A stretch of DNA of 64,000 nucleotides from Eutreptiella sp. 'Long Island Sound 2002' (Eukaryota > Protista > Euglenida): the NCBI GenBank assembly GCA_964036045.1, contig OZ038378.1:10230001-10294000 (forward strand), given 5' to 3'. Shown in pieces: positions 12,463 through 24,799 of this stretch (its first letter is position 1; each line of letters opens with the position of its first letter). The position numbers and the translations under genes were made by a program. The notes beneath the pieces were generated by a model. It did not search any database. It was not told where the DNA came from and saw only the letters and a list, made by a program, of their open reading frames with translations.

Positions 12463-13404
12463 CAGGGCTCCTTTTAACAACTCGCCCCCCCCCCCCCCCA
12501 GAATAAAGATGCACTTATGCCTGACTGTGGAGTGCATTACCTCTGGTTTGCATTTGTCTGTTTTTTAATTAGGTCACACCCCCCCCCAAGGGGGGGGGTC
12601 CCAGGGTCCCACACCACCCACCCACCCCCCCTAGACCCACCCCAACCCCCCCCCTTCAAAGATTGGGCCAAAATTTTGCTTGGGCGCCTTCGGCGTAATT
12701 GATCCCTGTAGTCGCCGTCCTTGTACCCTGTACTGCATTCGTTGGTCTGCCATTGCCAACTCTGTTACTTTGTCGTATTTTGGGTCCCTGTACTGCAGCT
12801 ATGGCATCTGTGTTCATGAAATGGAGGAAGCCCAACACTTCCCTTCCATGGTCAGGGTTGGATATCTCCAATCGCAGTGACAGTGACAGTAGCAGTAGCA
12901 GCAGTTCTTCATCCGATTCGACATCAAGTTCTTCATCAACACGTCGCAAAAAAAGGGCCCGCAAGTAAATTCTCGTCCTTCGGTTAAACCTGATTGGTTG
13001 CATTTGCCTGTTGCAGTTTTGTATGTATGTAAGTATGTATGTGCTCAGTGACATCAGTCGCTGTACTGTGATTCCACATGGGACCCCCTCCACAAACCCT
13101 GGCTTTGACAGCATGCATGACATTGCGGCACATTCACATCCCTTCGGGGAGATGCCATTGCATGCCATGGCTAAAGCTGCGGCCTTTTTGCCTTTAGAGA
13201 TTTTCGAAAAAGGCTTGGAACCCCCAGTGTGGAATTCAGTATGGCAATTGTTGTTTGCTGGTGATCTGTTTTTTCATGTTGAGTCACACCGTTTCACCAA
13301 AAATTCATTTCGCCGCCCTTCAAAACTCGGCCCCCCCCCGGGGGAGGGGGGTGCCCAGCCAGACCCCCCCCCCCCCTGGACCCCCCCCCTTAAAAGGAGC
13401 CCTG
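12463..13404. mobile_element. hAT-superfamily non-autonomous element, 942 bp
   Basis: 15-bp perfect TIR CAGGGCTCCTTTTAA / TTAAAAGGAGCCCTG. 8-bp TSD CCTCAGGC (12455-12462, 13405-13412). Confidence 0.85.
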
Positions 13405-13445
13405 CCTCAGGCCCCTCTGCGTCAAACCCCCCGCCCTATCTGCAG

Positions 13446-13703
13446 GCAGACTTGCTGTCGCGCGGGGTGCGTGTCAACGATGCGGGGCGGACCTGGTACT
13501 TCATGCCCCCCACGGATCCCAGTCACAATCTGCAGCCCTGGGCGCGAGCGGCCGACGACGCGGCCGCCGATGGCTCTGACGCCGACGTTATGTTTGCTGC
13601 GGAGATCAATGTCATGGTCAACGCGCGGGAGGCGCGGCGTGCGGCGGGGCTATGGGAAGAGGCTGACTTGATCCGCCGCCAGATCGTGCTCAGGGGCGTG
13701 CAG
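13446..13703 (+). CDS. Exon 3: CysRS-like repeats 1/2
   Basis: ctgcAG|gcagac, phase 0. ADLLSRGVRVNDAGRTW completes repeat 1, followed by AREARRAAGLWEEADLIRRQIVLRGVQ. GT at 13704. Confidence 0.85.
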
Positions 13704-14669
13704 GTGCCGGACTGAGACCATATGATCGTCCAGATGTGATTTGGTGCATAGGACGATCCTGGGCTGACAGGGCGCTTGTCCTGTGCCACCCCCCGCCTCA
13801 ACAAAACAGATCCCTAGGGTGCCTGGGGCACCACACCAGGGGTATTTGCGTACCGCAGTGTGTGAAATTGGACGTTTGTCTGTGTACAATCATCCCTTTG
13901 GGAGATCAAATTATCCCCCAATGAAATTTTCGATTTTGCCCCCTCAAAACGTGGTTGGCAATTGCGGCCACGACATGTCGATGCGTCGATCCAGACCCAG
14001 GCCCCATAGCACCCTTTTCTTCTATATGGACCTCCAAACCAATGGGTGGGGGTCCCGGGTTCTATCTCCACGTATGGGCCCCGCTATGGGGCCCCGCAGG
14101 TGAGGACTTAGGCTGGCATGGGATGGCTCATGGGGGTGGGGTTTGCCGGTCCAAGGACGTGAAGTAGCCCCCCCCCCCCCCCAAGAGGGCCTTGGGCCAC
14201 AGTGAGTTATGGAGGAGGGGGGTGCTACTTCACGTCATACCCAAGGAGGTGCCCCCACCCTGGGTTGGCTGAAAATGTTGCTTTTTTTCCCAGGGACCTG
14301 TGGCGGCCCCTCTGTACCCTTGGGCCAGACTTGGGTCATCATTCGGTGACAATGGGCGCACATAAAGACCCATGGGGAGCCATGTGGCCCCAATTAGGCG
14401 CACCTACTTGGTGCCATTGGCTCGTAAAAGGGCCGTTCTGGGCTGTCTTGGGCTGGGGCTCCCCAAGGGACTCGTACACAACCGTATGTTGTAATTCGTG
14501 TAATTTTTTTTTCCGCTGTAAATGCGCGTAACAAAAAAACCGTATAGTCGTGTAATTATTTTTTTTTCGCTGTAAGTCGTGTAAGCCGGCTTACACGACT
14601 TACAGCAAAAAAAAAAAATTACACGACCTTACGGTTTTTTTGTTACACGCATTTACAGCAGAAAAAAAA

Positions 14670-15011
14670 GGCGGCAGGGGTTATGTAGCCACCTTGCCCA
14701 CTTGTGGGCCACTTCTGATTCTGCCCCCCGCTCTGAAGCGGTGGGGACCCCCTAGGCGGCAGGGGTGATGTAGCCACCTTGCCCACTTGTGGGCCACTTC
14801 TGATTCTGCCCCCCGCTCTGAAGCGGTGGGGACCCCCTAGGCGGCAGGGGTTATGTAGCCACCTTGCCCACTTGTGGGCCACTTCTGATTCTGCCCCCCG
14901 CTCTGAAGCGGTGGGGACCCCCGAGGCGGTAGGGGTTATGTAGCCACCTTGCCCATTTGTGGGCCACTTCTGATTCTGCCCCCCGCTCTGAAGCGGAGGG
15001 GATCCCCTAGG
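14670..15011. repeat. 85-bp minisatellite variant, 4 copies
   Basis: Same backbone, with diagnostic GAAGCGG..GACCCCCTAGGCGGCAGGGGTTATGTAGCCACC. Confidence 0.93.
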
Positions 15012-15137
15012 CAGGGCCGTCCTTAAGGGACGAGATTTTTTTTTGTGTTAAGGACAGCCCTTAAGGACAGCCCCTAGAGGCCTTTTTGCCCCGGCCGAAC
15101 GTGGGCCATGTCTACCCCCCGGGCCCTCTTTTGGGCA

Positions 15138-15760
15138 CCACTTCTGATTTTGCCCCCCGGTCTGAAGCGGTGGGGATCCCCGATACGGCAGGGGTGAGGT
15201 AGCCAATTTGCCCACTTGTGGGCCACTTCTGATTTTGCCCCCCGCTCTGAAGCGGTGGGGCTCCCCGATACGGCAGGGGTGAGGTAGCCAATTTGCCCAC
15301 TTGTGGGCCACTTCTGATTTTGCCCCCCGCTCTGCAGCGGTGGGGCTCCCCGATACGGCAGGGGCGAGGTAGCCATTTCGCCCACTTGTGGGCCACTTCT
15401 GATTTTGCCCCCCGCTCTGCAGCGGTGGGGATCCCCGATACGGCAGGGGTGAGGTAGCCATTTCGCCCACTTGTGGGCCACTTCTGATTTTGCCCCCCGC
15501 TCTGCAGCAGTGGGGCTCCCCGATACGGCAGGGGCGAGGTAGCCATTTCGCCCACTTGTGGGCCACTTCTGATTTTGCCCCCCGCTCTGCAGCGGTGGGG
15601 ATCCCCGATACGGCAGGGGTGAGGTAGCCAATTTGCCCACTTGTGGGCCACTTCTGATTTTGGCCCCCGCTCTGCAGCGGTGGGGCTCCCCGATATGGCA
15701 GGGGTGAGGTAGCCATTTCGCCCACTTGTGGGCCACTTCTGATTCTGCCCCTCGCTCTGA
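15138..15760. repeat. 85-bp minisatellite, ~7 copies
   Basis: Nearly the unit of 6291-9499, plus a ccatttcgccc variant. Confidence 0.93.
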
Positions 15761-15860
15761 ATTTTGTCCCCTTTTGTTTTTGCCCTTCGTGTATGCAACA
15801 GTGTCCTTCAAGCAATGCTCTGCGAATGGCACCGGGGCATACACGAAGAAATCGGCCACA

Positions 15861-16271
15861 ATGAGTTCCGTGGGCACGGATGATACCCAAGTTGAAGGTG
15901 CACTTTCGGCTAAGGAGGACAGTGTTCAGGCCACCCCCACCCCACTCGAAGGCAAGGAGGCCTCCGCCGAGCAGAGCGTGGAAAGCCCGGAGGCCAGGCC
16001 GCAACCTTCCGTGGACACTCCCACCGAGGAGGAGGACACCCGTCCCAAGGTCCTCATCCGTGGAGAGTGGCGCAAGGTGCCGGATGGCTACCCAGCAGAT
16101 GCATCTGGCCAGCTGGAGCGTGACCAGCTTTTCATTGATGACCTGTGCAAGCAGGTAGTTCCAGAGTTGCGCGCCGCTTGTCAGCTTAACGCCAATCCTG
16201 GTGCAAAGCCAAAGTCCGGTGACACAAAAACGGACTTGATCTACAAGCGTGCATTCTGCAACTACTTGTAG
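15861..16271 (+). CDS. 136-aa acidic protein with conserved C-terminal SAP/HeH-like domain (may be a terminal exon starting at 15802)
   Basis: RPKVLIRGEWRKVPDGYPADASGQLERD..VVPELRAACQ..SGDTKTDLIYKRAFCNYL* aligns without gaps to RPKVVIRGEEFFVPEHYPKDASGRLEYD..KKSDLIYKRVFCDFI* of the first element. Pyrimidine tract + AG at 15800-15801. Confidence 0.65.
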   Translation: MSSVGTDDTQVEGALSAKEDSVQATPTPLEGKEASAEQSVESPEARPQPSVDTPTEEEDTRPKVLIRGEWRKVPDGYPADASGQLERDQLFIDDLCKQVVPELRAACQLNANPGAKPKSGDTKTDLIYKRAFCNYL

Positions 16272-17457
16272 CGGGTGCATGTTTTGTGGGCTGTATTTTC
16301 CTCCGCCGTTTGGTGTACCAATGGTTGGCCCCATGCCAGTGCCTTGGTGGCCTCTAATGGTGGCAGTAGCGTTGGCCATGGCCCTGTCGGGACTCTTTTT
16401 CTTGAGCCTGATTTTGTTCCCAGTGCAGGCACACTGGATGTTGGCCATGGCCCTGTCAGGACTCTTCTCTTGGGCCTGATTTTGAGTCTAGTGCCAATGA
16501 CAACATGTGAAACTATGTTATATTGGCCGAGTCCCAACTAATTGGTGGCCACGCAGAGTACTATGTGCTTTGTGGACTCGGCGTCCCATCGTTAAGGTCG
16601 CTATGGGGTGCCGTACGGAACCGGCACCTGTACATATTGCGCATGTATTGCAAAGGTTGGATTTCTTTCAATTTTTCAATTTTTTTTATAATTTACACGA
16701 CTTACCGCAAAAAAAAATTACACGACTTACCGCAAAAATTAAAAAATTCAATTTTTTTTTATAATTCACACGACTTACAGCAAAAAAAAAAATTACACAC
16801 ATTTACAGCAAAAAAAAAATTACACGACTATACGGTTTTTTTGTACACGACTTACATTTTTCACCAACCGGCTTGTGCAATTTTCACCCCAAGATCAGGT
16901 CAAAAGCCAAAAATTCGACATTGTGACCACCCGTAATGGTCAATTATATCACGTGTGAGATCGGGGCCAGGTAGTACTAAGCCGTCCTGGGGTGTCCTCA
17001 TGACCCTGCAAGTCGAAGGGGACTGGGGACGTTTCGCCAGTGCCCGGAGATGGCACGGGGCTACCATGGGGACCCCTTCCCAAAGATACGCACGATTTGT
17101 GTGGTTCCAAATTTCTGCCAGTAAACGACTCAAATCCGCCTGAACGGCTTTGCTGCTTCCTACCCTTTTTTCCGAACCTCGCGCCCCAGCAATTTCTTTG
17201 CGTTGCCGTCCTTTGCTGAGCTTTGGTGCGCCTTGGCATGACCCGCTGTGCCCTGCTGTGCCTTGATGCCCTGATGCTGCCACACCCAGAAACCCGTTGC
17301 ATCCCGTGCCCGTAGCCAGGGACCGGTGATCATGCGCTGTCTGCTGGCCGCAAGGGGAAAGTCTAGCGCCCACAAACCTATGACACACGACTCAACCAAA
17401 TGCGGTCGGGCGCCCGCGGAATGCCTCCGCGCACCTTTTGCACTGTGCTGTCCGCAG

Positions 17458-17850
17458 GTGAGCGACCGAGAGCGTGTGTGGTGGGTGGGGCCCCGCACCC
17501 GAAGGGCGTCCGGCGGGCGTCGCGCGCGCCAGCCCTGGCGCCGGGACGTCTACGACATTGCGGCGGACGGCTCGGTACAGGACAAGACCTTCGAGGCCAA
17601 GACCAACCGCACGTTCGCCAAACGGGAGGAGCTGCGGGCGGCGCAGGACTACGACGGTGCGGACCGGCTGCTGCAGGAGCTGCTCGCCCAAGGCGTCAGC
17701 ATGGACCAGAAGAAGCGGCTGTGGTGGACGGGCCCCCGCAACTTCGAGTTGAGGCCCTGGTCCCGTGCGGAGGATGACACCGGGAGAAAGGGATCTGAGG
17801 CCGATGCAGCGCTGACGACGGAGATCAGCGCCCTCCTTAACAAGAGGGAG
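17458..17850 (+). CDS. Exon 4: CysRS-like repeats 2/3/4
   Basis: tccgcAG|gtgagc, phase 0. VSDRERVWW..KREELRAAQDYDGADRLLQELLAQGVSMDQKKRLWW..ISALLNKRE. GT at 17851. Confidence 0.85.
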
Positions 17851-18179
17851 GTCCGTGTCCCGCCCTTCCAAAATGAAGCAATGAAGACCGTCGTGGCAGG
17901 CGCGGTCGGAGCTAATTGCAGTGAAGCAAACCTGACCCATTGCGGCCTCCCTTCCGCCCCCCCTTCCCCCCTCACCCACGGCTCTGGGGTTGGGCTCCGG
18001 GGGTCCACGGACCTTCAGCCCGAGCGCAGAGCCCCAGAGGACTGCCTGGCCGATGGCACAGGGAGCGCCAGTGATGTGTAGCAGTTTGGCGGTCCTGAGA
18101 CCCCTGGCCCTGTCATAACCTTCCCATATCAGACGTGGTGGAGAGCACCGTCCAAACCCAACGGCCATGGGAATGACTG

Positions 18180-18500
18180 AGTGTGAAGCCTGTGGCAGGG
18201 CTGCCCCCCCCGATAGACACACAGGACATCTATCAACAAGCGGCCGGACTACAGGGTGCCCAACCATGGCTTTTCGGAACACCCCTCCTCGGAACCTCCA
18301 ATGGTGAGCATGTGGTGATCTGGGTTTCTATTTTCCCGTGGTATACAACGCACTTGGGCGGTGGGGCCAGCGTCACCAACCACGTAATACGCACACTCCA
18401 TCCGGCCGATAGCCAGCGTACAGGAAACAGGTACAGGTGAATTACGGGTGCGACTATTTTGCGACTCAAAGTCCATCATTCTTGGCATTTATGGCTCCTC
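18180..18500 (-). pseudogene. Possible degenerate non-LTR reverse transcriptase fragment
   Basis: MDFESQ..AQVR..IGGSEEGCSEKPWLG loosely follows the spacing of RT motifs (DfekAfD..a.vr..GvrQGcplSP). Broken by stops and frameshifts. Confidence 0.2.
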
Positions 18501-19549
18501 CTGCACATGGGCCAAATGTGCCCACAGCTGGTTGGTTCCAGCATAGTTGCTGCTTTGTGATTTAGAGCACATCATTTTCAACTCTGTTTACACCCTACAC
18601 ATGGCCCTATCCTACAGTCGTAACACAACACACCTCTGCTAGTGTGGCAACAGTGTACGAGAGCGAAAGGCTGTATGACGCCACTGAGGCAAACTGGAGC
18701 CCAAACAAATAGACTTAGAAAGAAGGTGCGGGGAGAGCCACGACACACCAAGTTAGGGTTAGATATGCACGCACTTAGGGCTGCAATCGCTCCTAGACTA
18801 ATGGCACGTAGTGTCCTTGGGACATTTTTCTCGGCCTCATTCATAAGGTGCCAAGGCGCAGTGGTTTGGCACTTTCTGGGAAATTTTTGCAAGTTTGGGA
18901 GTTGTGGGGGGATGAGCCCCCCCTCCCCCCCCAATATTTTGAGGGTGGAGGATTTATTTTGGAAGGTTTCAGGTCACCATTTGATGATCTGTCCGAGATT
19001 TTCTGGTTTTGGTTGAAATTTTGGCCATTTTCGCCTTCTGCTGCCAGACTGCTCGCAAGGGAAGAAATTGCGACATGATGGTCACCGGTGTCGCTTTTTC
19101 TAGTTTTTGGTTGGGCATCCACCCCCTCCATCCTATTTTGGGGGGAGGAATCCAATTTTCAGAGTGTTGGGTTGTGGTTTGATGGGATGATGTGGGGACT
19201 TCTGATTTTCAGGCCGCGTGCAGGAGGTGCCTGGAGATTGACAAGTGTGGCAAGTGTGGCAAGTAGGAAAAAGTGGCATCCAAGGCCAAGTGAGGTCAAT
19301 TTCTGACGGTGTTGGTGCGTTGCTGCTGTATTGTGTGTGTGCAAATGTTTCCAAAAAAGCCTCGGGTATCAAAACAAGTGGTCAAAACAATCATTGACTA
19401 CATACCTGTGGTGCGGTGCAGTCTGACACCTGACGAGAAAAGGCCAAAAAAAAAACCCCTTGGGGCCACTCGCTACTCCCCCTGCCAAGACCCCCCCCCC
19501 CCCCCACCCGCAGCATTGACAGGGACGCCAGGGATGGCGGGAGCTTCAG

Positions 19550-19620
19550 CAGCACCAGGATCGAAATCTGCGCCTCTTGAGTTCGGCCGCATGCTCTACC
19601 ACTGAGCCACCCGGTCTCTC
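19550..19620 (-). pseudogene. tRNA-like remnant (possible SINE head)
   Basis: - strand GGGTGGCTCAGTGGTAGAGC (A box, D arm) ..GATTTCGATCC (degenerate B box). No intact acceptor stem. Confidence 0.45.
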
Positions 19621-19895
19621 CCATAGATTCCGCTGTGCCCATGGAGCGTTGGGATGGATGCAGTGGCTGTGGAATATGAAGCTGACATGGGGGGCTGCAC
19701 TGGGAGAGATTGATCGGAATTCAAGTGAGAGCGCGCCACCCATTGTTGCCGGCGATCTGCTTAGCAGCAGAGTGTACAATGCATTTGTGGTTCGCTGCAT
19801 CTCATTACTTGAAGCTCGCAGTTTATATGCGAGCGGATCGCGTTATGGCCACGACCAGTCGCTGGTGTTTGACGACCTGCACCCTTCTTCTGCAG

Positions 19896-20039
19896 GAATT
19901 CCGGAAGGTGCGCGACTTTGGGGAGGCAGATAAAATTGCAGCAGATCTTACAAACAGGGGCATCGTGCACGATGACCAGCTGCGAATCTGGTGGACTGGC
20001 AAGCGGTTAGGCATTCTCATCCCTTGGACCCGTGCAGAG
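19896..20039 (+). CDS. Exon 5: CysRS-like repeat 4
   Basis: tctgcAG|gaattc, phase 0. EFRKVRDFGEADKIAADLTNRGIVHDDQLRIWWTG..PWTRAE. GT at 20040. Confidence 0.85.
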
Positions 20040-20104
20040 GTGTGTATCATTGTGCCTGTTCCAATCGTTTGTGCACTTCCCAACTTTCCTGTCTGCTTGC
20101 CAAC

Positions 20105-20360
20105 AGCAACAACAACAACAGCAGTAGCAGCAGCAGCAGCAGCAACAGCAGCATTAACAACAACAGCAACCAAGGCAAACAGCACCGATTTGTATAGCAC
20201 GTTAAGCGTTCTGGGGCAGGCGATGTGGCCCACCGTAAGAGCACCATCATCCAATCCAACCCAACCCAACCACCACCACCACCACCACCACCACCACCAC
20301 CACCACCACCACCACCACCACCACCACCACCACCACCACCACCACAGCAAAATTAACAAT

Positions 20361-20397
<37 letters not shown>

Positions 20398-20660
20398 CTA
20401 TCCACAACAGCACTAACAACAACAGCACCAACAACAACAGCACTAGCGACAACAGCACTAACAACAACACCACTGACAGCAATACCACTAACAACAAGAC
20501 CACTACCACGAACAACACCACTAACGCTAACAACAACACTGTCACTAACACCAACAACGCCAACACTAACAACAACAACGCTACGACCAATAACACTAAC
20601 AACACCAACACTAACAAGATCAATACTAACAACAGCAACACTAACAACAACAACCAACCA
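20105..20660. repeat. Compound trinucleotide microsatellite (CAA/CAG/CAC/CTA)
   Basis: Directly visible; includes ~25 CAC units at 20270-20345. Confidence 0.95.
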
Positions 20661-21130
20661 CCCTCCCATTTCGGGGACCCGGTTTCCCTGAATCAGCCCG
20701 AAACATTAGACCGGATTCGTCGATTTCTGCTGTTGCTGGCAAAAAAGACCATTTAGTGAAGGTGCCTGTGTTGTGGTGAGAAATACCCATTTGCAACTTT
20801 GTTCCATCCCTGCTAACAAAGACGTCTCATGGCAAATTGTTCTGCTTGTGGCAGCAGGCAGCGGGTCAACATTGACTTCAACCTTGGCGCAACTCAACAG
20901 GCCCGTTTCAGGAACAACATGCGGAAAAGCCAACAGGGTCTATGTTGTGCACATTGTGCCTTCAAACGGCACCGTGTTTTGCAAAGAAGACTGCAACCTT
21001 GTGAGTACCAGGGACCAATGAAAGCAATGTGAGGACTGCTGCCAAGTAGACCAAACCTGATCAGCCGCACCCCTTTGCCCTGGTTTATGCCGATTTACCC
21101 GAGCCCCCCCAAAACGGACTGGGGGTTGAG

Positions 21131-21975
<845 letters not shown>

Positions 21976-22644
21976 CACCAACGCATTTACCAAGGTTGTG
22001 GGGTATGTGCTGGTTTGAGAGGCCACAGGCAAGGGAATCGCTTTTGTAGAACCATCGGCGCTCACACAGCACTGGGAATTACGCCTGGGGCTCACTTTGC
22101 TTTCCCCAGCAGCAGCATACAAAGGTTATTTAGGCTCCATTTTCACAGAGTCCTGAAAAACGGCCTCAGGTGGACCTGTACCTGGATATCTGACATTTTT
22201 GCTGCAGCGGCGTGGCTTCAAGTTGCCATGCTGTGCGGGTATCGGGGAGAGGCGGCCATGCGTGCAAGGGGATTCACAGGGCATACGTTCACAGTGCCCA
22301 TGACCCATGATTAAAGCCCTATACTCATTAAGTTACCAGATGCCGCTGCCCCCGTGTGCTGTAGCACGCCACATTGCATGGTGGCTCAAGGAACACACAT
22401 TTTGGGAGGGGGGCAGGTATGCATCATGGCGGCTACCGGCTGAGTTGGTTGTCCAACGGATTACGGGGGACTGGTGTGATGACTTTCAATGCCTTGAAGT
22501 TATACAACAATAAAGCACTGCAGCAGACTGTGTGTGTGTGTAGCCCCCAGGCGACTGGGCGCCATAGCAAGCATGACCTGGTAAATGTAGACCAATTTCG
22601 TCGTGAACCATACAGCAAAGAGAGATGAAAGCAACACTGAGTAG

Positions 22645-22765
22645 TGCTGAGCCGAGCTAGGCTGTCTTGGACAGGGCTGGCATCAGGGCTAGGCAGAGCT
22701 GGGCTGGGCTGGGCTGGGCAGAGCAGAGCAGAGCTGGGCTGAGCTGGGCTGGACTGGGCTGGGAC
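22645..22765. repeat. Pentamer repeat (GGGCT/GAGCT/GCAGA)
   Basis: Directly visible. Confidence 0.85.
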
Positions 22766-23079
22766 TGTTGTTGTGATGCCTGTGGCACTGCTGTCGGCGC
22801 AGCAGTGCTGACGCGCACTTTCTTCACGGCTGACCCTGCGGCGCTGCTGCTGGACATCTCTTGCATGCTGTACCTACAGAAAGGTGCATAGCCGCCGATG
22901 GTCATGCTTCTCTTTGACTGTCGCATCGGCCTGACGAGAATCCTTACACTCAGCGCCTTTGTAGTGCCTGTTTCTCACGTTCATCGTGTGTGTGTGTGTA
23001 ACTGTGAGAGTGCCAATGAGTGTGAATGTGCCTGATTACAAGCGTAATATCTATGCACTGAGTGCCTGCATGTCTGCAG

Positions 23080-23316
23080 AATGATACCGGGGCAGACGGC
23101 TCTGATAATGATGAACACCTTGCGCTGGAAGTCCGGAGAATGCTTGACATGTGGGATGAGCAGCGGCAGAACGGTGGCTATGAACAAGCTAAAGAGACTA
23201 TCAATGAACTGCGGGCCAAAGGCATCAAGTTCAATGACAAGCAACGGATTTGGTGGAAGGGCGAAGTAGATGGTATTGAGATGGACATGGGGCCGCAACA
23301 AGCTGTGGGCCATTGA
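23080..23316 (+). CDS. Exon 6 (probably last): CysRS-like repeat 5
   Basis: tctgcAG|aatgat, phase 0. NDTGADGSD matches the earlier linkers; ..EQAKETINELRAKGIKFNDKQRIWWKG..GH-TGA. A further exon outside this model is not excluded. Confidence 0.8.
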   Translation, partial: NDTGADGSDNDEHLALEVRRMLDMWDEQRQNGGYEQAKETINELRAKGIKFNDKQRIWWKGEVDGIEMDMGPQQAVGH

Positions 23317-24799
23317 AAATAGGAAGGCAGTGGGGCCCGTTGTTTTCTCTGTGTTTGCACTTTTCTGGAGAGTCGGGTCTCTGGAGGGTTGGGCTTCCAA
23401 GGGCTCCAACAGTGAGTGTTCGCACCCATTCACACAAGCAATGCGATGCGTCTGTTGTTCATTTATGTGCGGGGATGTGTGCCTTGATTTTGGGGCTGGG
23501 AGCGGTTTCTTCCTTTCTTTTGCGACATCCACGAGGTTGTTGAGGGGATGTGCAGGGCATAGCTGCTGACGGATGTGCTTTCCTGGGGGTTCTCCAATCC
23601 GATCAGCCCCCCCACCCTTTCGACAACAAAATGCATGATGGCCACCTTCCGGGTTGCGTTTTTTTGCTGAGATAGACAAGTCTGCATGGATATTTCGGTG
23701 GGAAATTGGCCTTCGGCCCCACATCTTTTCCTACAACTTGCCCCAGGCATAAAGTGCACCATGGCTGGGGCATGAACTGGTCACTGGGGGGAAGGTCCTG
23801 ATCTCAAAGCTACCGCCACATGACCAATGTTCTGGGTAAGCCGCGAAAGGTTCCACGATTTAATGGGGAAACCCCGCACTGCGCGTCCTGCGAGGAGAAC
23901 ATCTCTGTTCCGAGGATGCCAAACGGCTTGTTAATACTTCCGATGTGCCGAAATGGATTTGTTGATATTGTCACAAGGCCAACAACATGTGTGCACTTTC
24001 TTCGGAAAATTTTGCGCTCAGGATGTGCGTTTGCCCTGAGTGAACTTGCATTGATTCTCCTGGACGCAAGCGGACAATTTGCTGAGTGATAAGAACATAT
24101 GTTTTGAGTGCCAGCCGTGGGACCCATGGCCTGAATGCTTGGAATGCTGCACCCATCAGCCACCTCCATACCGCTGCCCCATTCAGTGTTGTTGCTGACT
24201 TTGCACCTGGTGCTGCTGATTGCGCCCTAGTGGAGGGGCTAGGGTGGCTACACTGAGAACACTGCAAATTTTGCGTGGCACAGTCATGAGAGGCTGTCCT
24301 GACACCTTTCGGGGCGTCCAACCCACCCACACCCCACCACATGTATGCTACATTCCTGTGACTGCCTTTGGTGAGCCATGCCGGCTTCTTCCGGTGCTCT
24401 ACAAAGGCCGATGTCCCCCCCCCTTTTTCTTGGATCATTGGATATCTTGGTGTATCCACTGTAGATCTGGGCCATCGACCCGCCAGGATGGGCCATCACA
24501 TGCACACCGGCCCACAAGCACACCCTTGTCCCATACAAGATGCATGGCAAGTATTCCCACCGGCGAAAGGCCTGGGCGGGGCACAGTGGACTTCGTTTTG
24601 TTGGTGGAGGACGTGTGAGAGCGGCAGTGGGCTGGGGGACGGGGGCTGCGGGAGGGAGGCCAGTTTTGGACATGAGAAAGGAATGTTTGTCTAAAGCCCA
24701 CTGCCCCTGGGGCGTCCACCCCCCTACCAGCGCTGGCAGAGGCTTCGCATTCAGTCATCCCAGACTGGGAAGGTCACTTCACTCTGATGTTGGAAGTGT

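Larger units (their letters stand above)
14468..16884 (+). mobile_element. Second foldback/MULE-like element with 85-bp arrays and a SAP-like ORF (ends approximate)
   Basis: TTACACGAC + A-tract subterminal repeats at both ends (14490-14670, 16690-16855). Candidate 9-bp TSD ctccccaag/caccccaag with one mismatch. Same layout as 6021-11521. Confidence 0.6.

Noticed and set aside
12656-13168. 170-aa ORF inside the hAT element as a transposase
   Set aside because: No recognisable hAT motifs and only a low-complexity acidic/Ser tract. The element is too short to be autonomous.
22645-22765. GAGCT/GGGCT pentamers resembling immunoglobulin switch repeats
   Set aside because: Short simple repeat in a protist-type intron; convergence is sufficient.
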